Part shown: positions 1 through 10,271 of the stretch, piece after piece
Position numbering within the stretch: the first letter of the stretch is position 1
Layout: the number at the start of each line of letters is the position of its first letter
Assembly (NCBI GenBank): GCA_963664435.2
Contig: CAXXKM010000003.1
Location: 1,344,001-1,408,000, forward strand
Length of the DNA stretch: 64,000 nt
Source of the DNA: Longimicrobiales bacterium
GTDB lineage: Bacteria; Gemmatimonadota; Gemmatimonadetes; Longimicrobiales; Gaopeijiaceae
Reading direction: 5' to 3'
The notes under the pieces: generated by a model
The model's database searches: none
Told to the model about the DNA's origin: nothing
Seen by the model: only the letters and a program-made list of their open reading frames with translations
Translations under genes and position numbers: made by a program

Positions 1-1189
1 CGCCCCCGAGCAGGCTTCTGCCGCCGAAGGAGCGGTACGGCTGCCGGTCCTCTGCGTCCGAACGCTGCACCCAGTTCCCCGCCAGGGTCAGCACGACGTC
101 ATCGAAGGCCGAGTCTCCGCGCACCCGGGCCTTCTGGATCGAGCGTCCCGACGGCGTGTACCAGCGCGCCGTGGTCAGCTTGAGCATGTTGCCCCCGCTC
201 AGGCGGTAGAGCGTCTGCACCAACCCCTTGCCGAACGAAGTCGCCCCCAGCACCAGTGCCCGATCATGGTCCTGAAGTGCGCCGGCGACGATCTCCGACG
301 CGCTCGCACTGCGTCCGTCGATCAGAACCACCAGGGGAAGTCCCGGGAAGGATTCTCCGCCCGGGGTGCGCAGCACCGAGTTCTGGCTGCTCGTCCGTCC
401 GCGCGTCTCCGCGACCGTGAGCTCCTCTCCGAGGAAGAGATCGGCCAGCGCGACGCCCTGATCCAGCAACCCGCCCGGGTTTCCGCGCAGGTCCAGGATC
501 ATCCGGGTGGCCCCGTCCGCGATGAGGGCTTCGATGGCGCCCTCGAGTTCCTCGCGGGCGCTTTCGCTGAACACCCTCAGGGGAACGTATCCCACCCCGT
601 CCTCGAAGAGATGGGTGAACGGCACCGAAAGGACCTGTACCGTGGCCCGCTCCAGCGTGAAGGGAATGGGCTCCTCGATCCCCGGACGCCCGATCGTGAC
701 GTTCACTTCCGTGCCCGGCCGTCCGCGCAGCGACATCACCGCCCGGTCCGGGTTCCAGCCCCGGGCGGATTCGCCTTCGACCTCGACGATGCGGTCACCG
801 GCGCGGATGCCCGCCCGCTCCCCGGGGGTGCCCGGCAGGGCGCTCATCACCGTGACCCAGTCTCCCTGGCGAGCAATTTCCAGCCCCACCCCGGCGTACT
901 CCCCATCCGTGCGGATGCGCAGGTTGGACCACTCGTAGGCGCTCAGGAACTCGGTGTTGGGATCGTCGAGTTCATCGATGACGGCGTCGATGGCGGTCCC
1001 GTAGAGCTCATTCAGCTCGACGGGGTCGACAAAGTCCCCCGCCACCCGGTCGAGGACTTCTTCCAGGAGCCGCGCCTGGAAGTAGACGTTGCGGTCCTGG
1101 GCGATGCCCTGCTGGAGGAACCAGCCGCCGCACAGCAGGGCCGCCGCCAGGATGAGACCCGGAGCGAGCAGGGAGCGGGAGGATGGCAT
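1..1189 (-). CDS. ctpA: Carboxyl-terminal processing protease, S41A (partial, runs off the left edge)
   Basis: Not in the ORF track; translated by hand from ATG 1189: MPSSRSLLAPGLILAAALLCGGWF..., PDZ segment YAGVGLEI...GIRAGDRIVEVEG, DLRGNPGG, SASASEIVAGALQDHDRA, SFGKGLVQ. Confidence 0.93.
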   Translation of the reverse strand, partial: MPSSRSLLAPGLILAAALLCGGWFLQQGIAQDRNVYFQARLLEEVLDRVAGDFVDPVELNELYGTAIDAVIDELDDPNTEFLSAYEWSNLRIRTDGEYAGVGLEIARQGDWVTVMSALPGTPGERAGIRAGDRIVEVEGESARGWNPDRAVMSLRGRPGTEVNVTIGRPGIEEPIPFTLERATVQVLSVPFTHLFEDGVGYVPLRVFSESAREELEGAIEALIADGATRMILDLRGNPGGLLDQGVALADLFLGEELTVAETRGRTSSQNSVLRTPGGESFPGLPLVVLIDGRSASASEIVAGALQDHDRALVLGATSFGKGLVQTLYRLSGGNMLKLTTARWYTPSGRSIQKARVRGDSAFDDVVLTLAGNWVQRSDAEDRQPYRSFGGRSLLGG

Positions 1190-1358
1190 GAGCGTCACGC
1201 CTCGGCTGAGGGCGGGGTTCGGGCTTCCCGCGTGGCTGGTTTACGCGTGGGAACCGGAGTTCCCCGCGTCGGGTCTCCTCGCTAGGACGGAAAAAGCAGC
1301 CTGCCGGTTGCTAACCCCGCCCGCACCGAAGGTTTCCGGACCAGGTGCGTGGCGATCG

Positions 1359-2537
1359 TCAGCGGTGCCGGCGCCAGGCGCGGGCACTGGCCAGGACCTT
1401 CTCCACATCCGAGTCATCGTTGTAGACGCCCACCGAGAAGCGCAATACTCCACTGCGGATGGCGAGTCGGATGCCATCGGCAGTCAGGTGCGCGTGAAGG
1501 GCGTTCATCGCCGGATCATCCGCCGTGTAGTGGCGGCCGCCGCCGCTCCTGCCGACCGTCACGATGTGCGCCCGGCGAGGCGACTCCGCCCCGCCCACCA
1601 CGGGCAGTTCGAGCTCGGCCAGGCCCGCGGCCATCCGCCCGGCCACGCGGCAGACATGAGCCTCGACGGCCTCTACCGTCCACCGGCGGATCAGCTCGAG
1701 GGCCGCGCGGGCCGCCACCGCGCCCAGGTAGTTGTAGTTGCCGACATCGAAGCGCAGGGCGCCCGGTCGGTAGCGAAGCTCGTCGGCGGAGAACGCGGTC
1801 TCGTGGGCGCCCTCCAGCTCGATGCCGTAGCGGGCCACGTGACCCGGGATCAGGTCGTCGGCCAACTCCCGGCGCACGTACAGAAACCCGAACCCGTAGA
1901 GCGAGAGCATGCATTTCTGGGTCGCCACCGCGAGGGCGTCGATCCCCAGCCGGCGCACGTCCGTGCCCGCCGCCCCCACCGACTGGGCCGCGTCGACCAG
2001 GGTGAGGGCCCCCACCCCCCGCGCCGCCGCCGCGACTGCGGCCATGTCGGTCACGAAACCGGGCGCGAAGGAGATGCTCGGGACCGTCACCAGGCGCGTG
2101 CGCCCGTCCATGGCCGCCGCCATCGCCTCCACCGGCACTTCCCCGTCCACCGGTGCCACGGGCCGCACCTCCACCCCGCGGGTGCGCTGCAGGTTGTACC
2201 ACAGGTAGATGTTGTTGGGATGCTCGAGTCCCGGGCAGAAGACCACGTTGTCCCCGGCCCGCCAGGGCAGGCTGGCGGCGAAGAGGTTGAGCCCGTCGGA
2301 GACGTTCTTGGTGATCGCGATCTCTTCGGGGTCGGCCCCGACCAGGGCGGCGAAGTCGGCGCGGGCCTCCTCGACCACTGCCCGCAACTCGTCCTTGTCG
2401 CCGCCGGCGTGCATGCGCGTCTCCAGGTGGGCGGCGGCGGCAGCCCGCACCGGTTCGGCGAGCAGGCAGCGCGCGGCGATGTCGAAGTACGCGCGGCGTC
2501 CGGCGCCCGGAAAGAGCGCGCGCACCCCCGGGTTCAC
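1359..2537 (-). CDS. Aminotransferase class V-fold PLP-dependent enzyme (cysteine desulfurase-like fold, no catalytic-loop Cys)
   Basis: C-terminal part of ORF 1359..3959; GTG at 2537 overlaps the upstream stop (GTGA); motifs AYFDIAA, LEHPNN, DAAQSVG, ATQK (PLP Lys), GFGFLYV, LRFSVGVYN. Confidence 0.88.
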   Translation of the reverse strand: MNPGVRALFPGAGRRAYFDIAARCLLAEPVRAAAAAHLETRMHAGGDKDELRAVVEEARADFAALVGADPEEIAITKNVSDGLNLFAASLPWRAGDNVVFCPGLEHPNNIYLWYNLQRTRGVEVRPVAPVDGEVPVEAMAAAMDGRTRLVTVPSISFAPGFVTDMAAVAAAARGVGALTLVDAAQSVGAAGTDVRRLGIDALAVATQKCMLSLYGFGFLYVRRELADDLIPGHVARYGIELEGAHETAFSADELRYRPGALRFDVGNYNYLGAVAARAALELIRRWTVEAVEAHVCRVAGRMAAGLAELELPVVGGAESPRRAHIVTVGRSGGGRHYTADDPAMNALHAHLTADGIRLAIRSGVLRFSVGVYNDDSDVEKVLASARAWRRHR

Positions 2538-3844
2538 GGGCCCGCTCCGGAGACCGCGGACCCGCCCGCATGGGTGGACGCGCCGCCCCTCTCGGTCCGG
2601 CCGCCGTTCGCGGGCCCCGAATCGGCCGCGGACGCCGTTGCGCCCGTCCCGCGCCCCGCCACCAGCGCCGTCCCGACCATGTCCCCCATGATGTTCAACG
2701 TCGTGTTCCCCATGTCGACCAGCCGGTATATGCCGCCCACCATCGCTGCGATCTCGATCGGCAGGTTGAATGCCTGCACGTAGACCAGCGCTACCACGAA
2801 GCCCCCGCCCGGGATCCCGCCCGAGCCCTGCGAGAGCAGGAGCCCGATCGGCAGGATGGCGAGCAGCGCCCCGGGGCCGAACTCCACCCCCGCCGCCTGG
2901 GCGGTGAAGACCAGCACTGCCGCGAGCATGACCGCGGTGCCATCCTTGTTGAGCTGCGCGCCCAGCGGCAGGGTGAAGCCGTAGACCGACTGCGGCACCC
3001 GCAGCTTCTCCGCCTTCTCCAGGCCCACCGAGAGGGAGGCCAGGCTGGACGAGGTCGCCGCCGTGGTCGCCCACAGAGCGCCGGTCTCGCTCAGGAAGCG
3101 GCGGGGATGCTGCGCGGTCAGGAAACGGAGCACGAGCATGTACCCGCAGAAGAGCAGCGCCTGGGCGCCCCACACGCCCGCCAGGAAGCGAGCCAGCCCG
3201 CCGATCAGCTCGGCTCCGTAGCGTCCGGCGGTCACCGCCATCAGCGCGCCGATCCCGAGCGGCGCCAGCACGAGCACCAGGTCCACGAGGCGGCGGAAGA
3301 GGTCGGCCAGATCGCGATAGGCCGCCTCCAGCCGCGCACGCGCCCCGCCGCCGAGCATCAGGGTGGCCACCCCGATCGCGAGCGAAGCCACCACGACCTG
3401 CACGATGTTCCCCTCCGCGAAGGCCTGGAAGAGGTTGACCGGGATCATGTCGAGCAGGACGTCCGCGAGCGACGGTACCGCGCCCACGGCTTCGTCCACC
3501 GGGGTGGTCAGCTCCATCCCGGCGCCGGGACGCAGGAGCGCCATCGCCCCCATCCCCGCGCACAGCGCCACCAGGTCCGTGGCGATGAACCAGGCCAGGA
3601 TCTTCGCGGCCAGCCGCCCGAACGCGCGCACGCCGGAATGGGCCGCCAGCCCGGCCAGCAGGTTGAAGCAGACCAGCGGAACCGCGGCCAGCACCAGGAG
3701 CCGGATGAAGAGGTCGCCGATCGGCTGGAGCACGGCGGCTCTTTCGCCCAGGACGGCACCGGCGACGATCCCCGCCGCCATGCCGGCGAAGATGCGCGCG
3801 CCGGGTCCGAACCGGCGGCCCTTCCGCTCCGGCGAGCGACTCAT
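2534..3844 (-). CDS. Dicarboxylate/amino acid:cation symporter (DAACS/SLC1 family)
   Basis: Many TM helices; TSSSLASL (HP1 serine motif), LPLGAQLNKDGTA (NMDGT variant), DMGNTTLNIMGD (TM8); start ATG 3844. Confidence 0.92.
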   Translation of the reverse strand: MSRSPERKGRRFGPGARIFAGMAAGIVAGAVLGERAAVLQPIGDLFIRLLVLAAVPLVCFNLLAGLAAHSGVRAFGRLAAKILAWFIATDLVALCAGMGAMALLRPGAGMELTTPVDEAVGAVPSLADVLLDMIPVNLFQAFAEGNIVQVVVASLAIGVATLMLGGGARARLEAAYRDLADLFRRLVDLVLVLAPLGIGALMAVTAGRYGAELIGGLARFLAGVWGAQALLFCGYMLVLRFLTAQHPRRFLSETGALWATTAATSSSLASLSVGLEKAEKLRVPQSVYGFTLPLGAQLNKDGTAVMLAAVLVFTAQAAGVEFGPGALLAILPIGLLLSQGSGGIPGGGFVVALVYVQAFNLPIEIAAMVGGIYRLVDMGNTTLNIMGDMVGTALVAGRGTGATASAADSGPANGGRTERGGASTHAGGSAVSGAGP

Positions 3845-3858
3845 GCCCGCTGTTCCCG

Positions 3859-5472
3859 TCAGTTCCAGGCTTCGGCAAGCGCCAGCGCGCGATCGAGCAG
3901 GATCCCGTAGTAGTCGGCCACGTTGTCCGCCGTGAGCGGAATCCACTCGTCGACCTCAACCGGATTGCCTTCGAGGATCTCGCCGTTGGGCCGCAGCGTG
4001 TGGCCGATGTTCCACATGAAGCCGACCACGGGCTGTCCGCCGGGCTCGAGGGTCAGCGTCTCCTCCCATTCCCACGTGTTGGAGTAGCCCCCGGGCGGCA
4101 TCCCCACCACCGGCCCAAGCCCGTTGTCGGAGATGATGGAGACGAACTGGTCCAGGTGCGATCCGCCGCTCGGTCCGGAGATGATCGCGATGGGCCCGCG
4201 GAAGTGGACCGGCGCGGGCTCGAGGATCCCGTCGGAGTCGCGCGGGGCGTGCGCGCTCTTGAACGGCACGGCGCCCGAGTAGGCATCGCCGCGCGCCAGG
4301 GCGGGCGCCACGTCGGTCTCCAGCCAGTCGAGCAGCCAGGTGCCGTCGTCGATCACCTCCGGCACCCCCGAATCCATCGCGCCCTGTTCGGCGGCTTCGG
4401 CCCGCTTCTCGTCGATGAAGGGCTGGATCACGTCGCTCAGGCGCAGGTTGCCGAAGGTGGTCCTGAAGGGCCGCGGCTGCAGGCGCTGCATCGCGTAGGG
4501 CCCCAGGGAGCCGCCCCGGCTGCGGGTCACGTCCATCACCAGGGTGTGGTCGAGGAGGTCGTTGGCGGCCGCGTATTCCACCAGCCGGTCGACATCCGGG
4601 ACCATGGTCTCCCGGAACCCGTACCACACCAGAACCACGTGGCCGGCCGGGACGACGGGCACCAGGAAGTCAAAGGTGGGGGTGTCGAGCACGTTGCGGG
4701 TGCCGGGATAGCGCGGCTGGGAGAGACCGGACCAGGCAAGATCCCCGGGGTCGCGCCAGGGAAGCCGGAAGCGCCCCTCGGATCCGTCGCCGCCGGCCAC
4801 CACCAGCGTGAGCTCCTCCGGGCGCAGGGCGGGCGGAAAGATCGCGCTGGAGACGGTCATGGCCTCGGCCAGCTTCCAGCGCAGGCCGGCCTCCGTGGAG
4901 TGGGGCACGTAGACCGCCGCAGCCTCGTGCCACGCCTCCACGGGCATGCCGTTCACTTCGAGCACCCGGCTGCCCACGGGCGGCCCGTCCGTTCCTTCCG
5001 CGACCTCCCCCACGAAGTAGACGAGCTCCTCGCTCCCGTAGTCGGGGAAGACCCTGACGCCCGCCCGCAGGGGCTCGGGCGCACTTCCTCCGCTCACCTC
5101 CAGACCGGCGCTGTCGGGCAGTTCGAGCCCGCCGGGAACCAGGATCACGTCGAGGTGGCGATCGCGGCGCGCGGCGCTGAGGGCCGCCAGCGCGTAGAAG
5201 AGGTCCTCCTCGGTGTCGGCCTCGACGACGCGATCGCGAAGCGCCCGCATCGCCTCGAGCGGCGCCAGCCCCAGCGATGCGTTCTTCACCGGCGAGAAGG
5301 CCTCGCGGGCTTCGGTGCGGGCCAGGATGCTCTCGAAGAGGGCGGCGCGCGCGCGCTCGTCGCCTGTGCGCCACCCAGCGGCTCCGGAGCTCTCCGGAGC
5401 GGACTCGGCGCAACCGGCGGCGAAGCACGCGGCCAGCGTCAGGGCGGCCATGCGCGGTGGGAGGGTCCTCAT
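3859..5472 (-). CDS. Secreted lipoprotein, S41-family (CPAF/tricorn-like) peptidase with PDZ-like segment
   Basis: Lipobox FAAGC; RDRHL (putative catalytic His), VGSRVLEVNG (PDZ-like), DVTRSRGGS, GGSHLDQF...DNGLGPVVG, ILEGNPVEVD; GGAGAG RBS. Confidence 0.72.
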   Translation of the reverse strand: MRTLPPRMAALTLAACFAAGCAESAPESSGAAGWRTGDERARAALFESILARTEAREAFSPVKNASLGLAPLEAMRALRDRVVEADTEEDLFYALAALSAARRDRHLDVILVPGGLELPDSAGLEVSGGSAPEPLRAGVRVFPDYGSEELVYFVGEVAEGTDGPPVGSRVLEVNGMPVEAWHEAAAVYVPHSTEAGLRWKLAEAMTVSSAIFPPALRPEELTLVVAGGDGSEGRFRLPWRDPGDLAWSGLSQPRYPGTRNVLDTPTFDFLVPVVPAGHVVLVWYGFRETMVPDVDRLVEYAAANDLLDHTLVMDVTRSRGGSLGPYAMQRLQPRPFRTTFGNLRLSDVIQPFIDEKRAEAAEQGAMDSGVPEVIDDGTWLLDWLETDVAPALARGDAYSGAVPFKSAHAPRDSDGILEPAPVHFRGPIAIISGPSGGSHLDQFVSIISDNGLGPVVGMPPGGYSNTWEWEETLTLEPGGQPVVGFMWNIGHTLRPNGEILEGNPVEVDEWIPLTADNVADYYGILLDRALALAEAWN

Positions 5473-5511
5473 GCTTCTCTCCGATTCAGGTTCCCGTCCG
5501 AAGCTCCCGTC

Positions 5512-6246
5512 TCACCCTGCCATGCCGCCTGCTTCATCCCGGCGGCAACGGAGTGCGGGCGCGTCGCCGCCGAGGCCTCGGCCGTCCACCGCGCGCGGCT
5601 TTTCCGCCGCGGACCCGAACACACCCGGCAGGTGCCGGCCCAGGCACTCCAGAATCCGCTCCCGCACCTGGTCCGGCGTACCCAGCCCGCTCACCAGCTC
5701 CACGCGATCCTCGGCCCCGGCCAGCTCAAGATACCCCTCTCTCACCGCGCGCAGAAAGTCGGCGCCCGCCCTCTCGATGCGATCCGCGCTCCCTCCCGCG
5801 GCCCGTCGCCGGGCCGCTCCCTCCGCCACCGGCACGTCGAGCACCAGGTACAGATCCGCGCGCAGACCGCCCGTCGCGAGCTCCATCGCCGCCCGCACCC
5901 GCGCGAGATCCAGCCCGCGCCCGTATCCCTGATACGCCAGCGTGGAGAGGTCGAAGCGATCCGCCACCACCACATCGCCCCGGGCCAGCGCGGGACGCAC
6001 CACCTCGCGCACGAAAGCTGCGCGCGCCGCCAGGATCAGCAGCAGCTCCGACTCGGCGGGCATCTCCAGATCCGTCCTCCCCAGCACCACCTCGCGAATG
6101 GCTTCGCCCACCCCCGTGGATCCCGGCTCGCGCGCCAGGGTGCAGGGCACGCCCCGGTCGCGGAGCCACCGGGCCAGGAGCGCGGCCTGCGTGGACTTGC
6201 CCGCACCCTCTCCGCCCTCCAGCACGACGAAGCATCCCTTCACCAT
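5512..6246 (-). CDS. tmk: Thymidylate kinase
   Basis: P-loop EGGEGAGKSTQ, REPG, DRFDLSTLAYQGYGRG. Confidence 0.97.
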   Translation of the reverse strand: MVKGCFVVLEGGEGAGKSTQAALLARWLRDRGVPCTLAREPGSTGVGEAIREVVLGRTDLEMPAESELLLILAARAAFVREVVRPALARGDVVVADRFDLSTLAYQGYGRGLDLARVRAAMELATGGLRADLYLVLDVPVAEGAARRRAAGGSADRIERAGADFLRAVREGYLELAGAEDRVELVSGLGTPDQVRERILECLGRHLPGVFGSAAEKPRAVDGRGLGGDAPALRCRRDEAGGMAG

Positions 6247-6259
6247 CGAGCCGTCCCCG

Positions 6260-6300
6260 ACCCACTACCGGTAGTGGGTGACCCACGACGGGTAGTGGGT
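6260..6300. repeat. Tandem 20-bp palindromes, centres 21 bp apart (candidate operator pair or RNA hairpins)
   Basis: ACCCACTACCGGTAGTGGGT (6260-6279, perfect palindrome), one G, then ACCCACGACGGGTAGTGGGT (6281-6300, two differences). Confidence 0.9.
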
Positions 6301-6324
6301 TCCCGGCTCCCCCCGGGACGCCCG

Positions 6325-7641
<1,317 letters not shown>

Positions 7642-7702
7642 TGATCGAGTCCCCTGCCTGGGGTGAACGTCGCCTTCCGTTCCGGCCGCAACCGGCCGGC
7701 GG

Positions 7703-8062
7703 TCAGGAACTGATGATGATGCGCGATTTCGCGCCTTCCTCGATAGCCTTCGAGATGCCCTCGTTCACACGGCCCAACACCCGGTCGAAATTGGCCTGGG
7801 CCGCAACCAGCCCCTGGTACGAGGGGCTCGCCTGCATGCGCCCGAAGGCCTTTTCGTATTCCTCGGCCACCTCGGGCGCGGGCTCCTCGCCGGCTTGCAC
7901 GCTCCGGGTCACGCTCTCCTCCAGCTTCGTGAGCTCGTTCCGAAGCATCACCAGCTCGCGATCCTCATCCGCCCGCCGTGCGGCGCGTTGCAGATCCTGA
8001 TACTGCGGGGTCCGGCCAAGGGCCAGACCCAGTTCGCGGGCCATCTCCTCGATCGCGGCCAT
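7703..8062 (-). CDS. YlbF/Com_YlbF family protein
   Basis: 119-aa helical protein with ARELGLAL..TPQYQ and YQGLVAAQANFDRVLGRVN..IS pattern. Confidence 0.7.
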   Translation of the reverse strand: MAAIEEMARELGLALGRTPQYQDLQRAARRADEDRELVMLRNELTKLEESVTRSVQAGEEPAPEVAEEYEKAFGRMQASPSYQGLVAAQANFDRVLGRVNEGISKAIEEGAKSRIIISS

Positions 8063-8073
8063 TCAGCCTCCCG

Positions 8074-9003
8074 TTATTGGTCCTCGTTCCGTTGCCGGTT
8101 CGCCAGCACCATGCGCTCGCGGCTCGTCAGGTCGGGGACGATGCGCACCCCGGCAAAGGCGCTCGTGTCGTCAATCCGGCGCGCCACCGAAGGTGCCTGA
8201 TCGGCCCCCACCTCCAGCGCCAGCAGTCCCCCGGACGCCAGATGCCGCGGCGCGCCGGCGATCAGCGGCGCCAGCACCAGCATGCCGTCGGCACCCGCCT
8301 CCAGCGCGCGCCGGGGTTCCCAGTCCCGCACCTCGGGCTCCAGGCCCTCCATTTGGGTGCCGGGGATGTAGGGAGGGTTCGATACGATCACGTCGAAGCG
8401 CTCGTCGCGCCCGACGGGGTCGTACAGCGATCCCGCCCTGAACTCCACCGGAGCCCCGTCATGGTATTGCTCACCGTTCACGGAAGCCACCTCGAGCGCG
8501 TCGCGGCTGATGTCGGTGGCGACGACGGAGGCGAAGTCGCCTTCGGTGGCCAGCGCCAGGGCCAGGGCCCCGCAGCCGGTCCCCAGGTCGAGTGCCCGGA
8601 GCCCGGCAGGGGCGCGGCCCGCGGCCCAGGCCAGCACCTCTCCGGCGAGCAGCTCCGTTTCCGGACGGGGAACCAAAACCCGCCGGTCCACGGCCAGATC
8701 CATTTCGCGGAAGGTGGCCCTGCCCAGAATGTACTGGAGGGGTTCTCGGCGGGCGCGCCGCAGGAGACGAGGTTTGAAGGCGGCCAGCTCGGATGCCTGG
8801 AGCGGCCGGTCATGCTGCAGGTAGAGCTCGAGGCGCGGCACCCCGACCGTGTCGGCCAGCAGGTGCTCGGCGTCCAGCCGCGCGCCGGGCACGCCCTTGC
8901 CCTCAAGGTAGTGCGCGCTCCAGAGCACCAGGTTCAGGACGGTCCAGGGTTCTTCCCTCCCGGGAACGCGGCCGGAGGGGCGCCTGAGCGAGATCGTGCT
9001 CAA
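8074..9003 (-). CDS. prmC: Release factor glutamine methyltransferase
   Basis: [34 protein letters not shown] start overlaps the prfA stop. Confidence 0.96.
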   Translation of the reverse strand: MSTISLRRPSGRVPGREEPWTVLNLVLWSAHYLEGKGVPGARLDAEHLLADTVGVPRLELYLQHDRPLQASELAAFKPRLLRRARREPLQYILGRATFREMDLAVDRRVLVPRPETELLAGEVLAWAAGRAPAGLRALDLGTGCGALALALATEGDFASVVATDISRDALEVASVNGEQYHDGAPVEFRAGSLYDPVGRDERFDVIVSNPPYIPGTQMEGLEPEVRDWEPRRALEAGADGMLVLAPLIAGAPRHLASGGLLALEVGADQAPSVARRIDDTSAFAGVRIVPDLTSRERMVLANRQRNEDQ

Positions 9004-10103
9004 CCGTCCTCCAGCCGCTCGCGCCGCTCGGCCAGGCGAAGGGCTTCCAGAAACTCGTCCAGTTCGCCGTGGAGTATCGATTCCAGCCGGTGCAGGGTAA
9101 GCCCGATGCGGTGATCCGTCACCCGGTTCTGGGGAAAGTTGTAGGTGCGGATCTTGGCGGATCGGTCTCCGGATCCGATCTGCGACTTGCGCTCCCGCGA
9201 GCGCTCGACCGCGCGCTGGGCGAGCTCGCGGTCGAGAAGACGGCTGCGCAGCACCTTCATCGCCCTGGCCTTGTTCTTGTGCTGGGACTTCTCGTCCTGG
9301 CAGGTCACCACCAGCCCGCTGGGCTCGTGGGTGATGCGCACGGCCGAGTCGGTGGTGTTCACCGACTGTCCTCCCGGACCCGAAGAACGGAACACGTCTA
9401 TGCGCAGATCCGCAGGGTCGATCCCTACGTCGACCGGCTCCGCCTCCGGCAGCACCGCGACCGATGCCGCGGAGGTGTGAATGCGGCCCTGGCTCTCGGT
9501 GGCCGGAACCCGCTGCACCCGGTGCACTCCCGATTCGTAGCGCAGCGCGCCGTAGGCCCCGCGGCCGCTCACCGTGAAGACGGCCTCCTTGATGGCGCCG
9601 GGGATGCCTTCGGAGAGGCTGAGGAGCTCGATGCTCCAGCCGCGCCGCTCCGCCAGCCGCTGATACATGCGCATCACCTCGGCGGCGAACAGCCCGGCTT
9701 CGTCGCCGCCGGTACCGGCCCGCACTTCGACGACCGCGGCGCGGTCGTCCATGGGATCGCGCGGGAGGAGGAGCTCCCATGCACGCCTCGCCAGCACCTC
9801 GAGCCGGCCCTCCAGCTCCTCGACCTCCATGCGGGCGAGTTCCCGGACCTCCGGGTCGTCCGGATCGTCCGTGAGCTCGCGCGCCTCCTCCAGCTGCTCC
9901 AGCGCGCTCTCGATCTCGCGTGAGGTGCGGGCGACGGGGTCCACCCCGGCGCGCTGCCGGCTCAGAACGCGCAGGCGCGCGGGGTTGCGGGCCACCTCGG
10001 GGTCGGCCAGCTCCGCGTCCAGTTCGCGCAGACGTTCCTCTGCCTTCTTCAAGCGCTTGCGCGCCTGATCGAGGCGCTCCAGGGGTTTGTCGAGAAACGT
10101 CAT
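9000..10103 (-). CDS. prfA: Peptide chain release factor 1
   Basis: [21 protein letters not shown] (PxT motif), [19 protein letters not shown]; alternative ATG at 10115. Confidence 0.98.
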   Translation of the reverse strand: MTFLDKPLERLDQARKRLKKAEERLRELDAELADPEVARNPARLRVLSRQRAGVDPVARTSREIESALEQLEEARELTDDPDDPEVRELARMEVEELEGRLEVLARRAWELLLPRDPMDDRAAVVEVRAGTGGDEAGLFAAEVMRMYQRLAERRGWSIELLSLSEGIPGAIKEAVFTVSGRGAYGALRYESGVHRVQRVPATESQGRIHTSAASVAVLPEAEPVDVGIDPADLRIDVFRSSGPGGQSVNTTDSAVRITHEPSGLVVTCQDEKSQHKNKARAMKVLRSRLLDRELAQRAVERSRERKSQIGSGDRSAKIRTYNFPQNRVTDHRIGLTLHRLESILHGELDEFLEALRLAERRERLEDG

Positions 10104-10208
10104 TCCGTGCGCCATGCGCGGCGATGCCCGGGTCGTCCCTGCGGGATGGGTGAAGGCCCGGCCCGGCCGCAGGGAGCGATGCGCGGCCGGTCGGGGGCGG
10201 GAGCCCGT

Positions 10209-10237
10209 AGTATAGATTTGGCCCGAAGGGCGTTCAA
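10209..10237 (-). promoter_or_regulatory. Sigma-70-type promoter for the prfA operon
   Basis: Minus strand TTGAAC-N17-TATACT in the lnt-prfA gap. Confidence 0.7.
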
Positions 10238-10271
10238 TGGCCGGTTTCGGGCGAGCGGGCGATGGTCCCGG

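Noticed and set aside
1291..1311. Possible intrinsic terminator after the cassette
   Set aside because: Only a 6-bp stem with a mismatch before five Ts; too weak to call.
2538..3959. Apparent 866-aa aminotransferase fusion
   Set aside because: The N-terminal half is an off-frame Arg/Gly-rich reading of the DAACS gene; the likely start is GTG 2537.
9004..9780. Long N-terminal extension of PrmC, suggesting a prfA-prmC frameshift fusion
   Set aside because: An alternative frame over prfA; the TTGA stop/start overlap explains the coupling, and I saw no slippery site.
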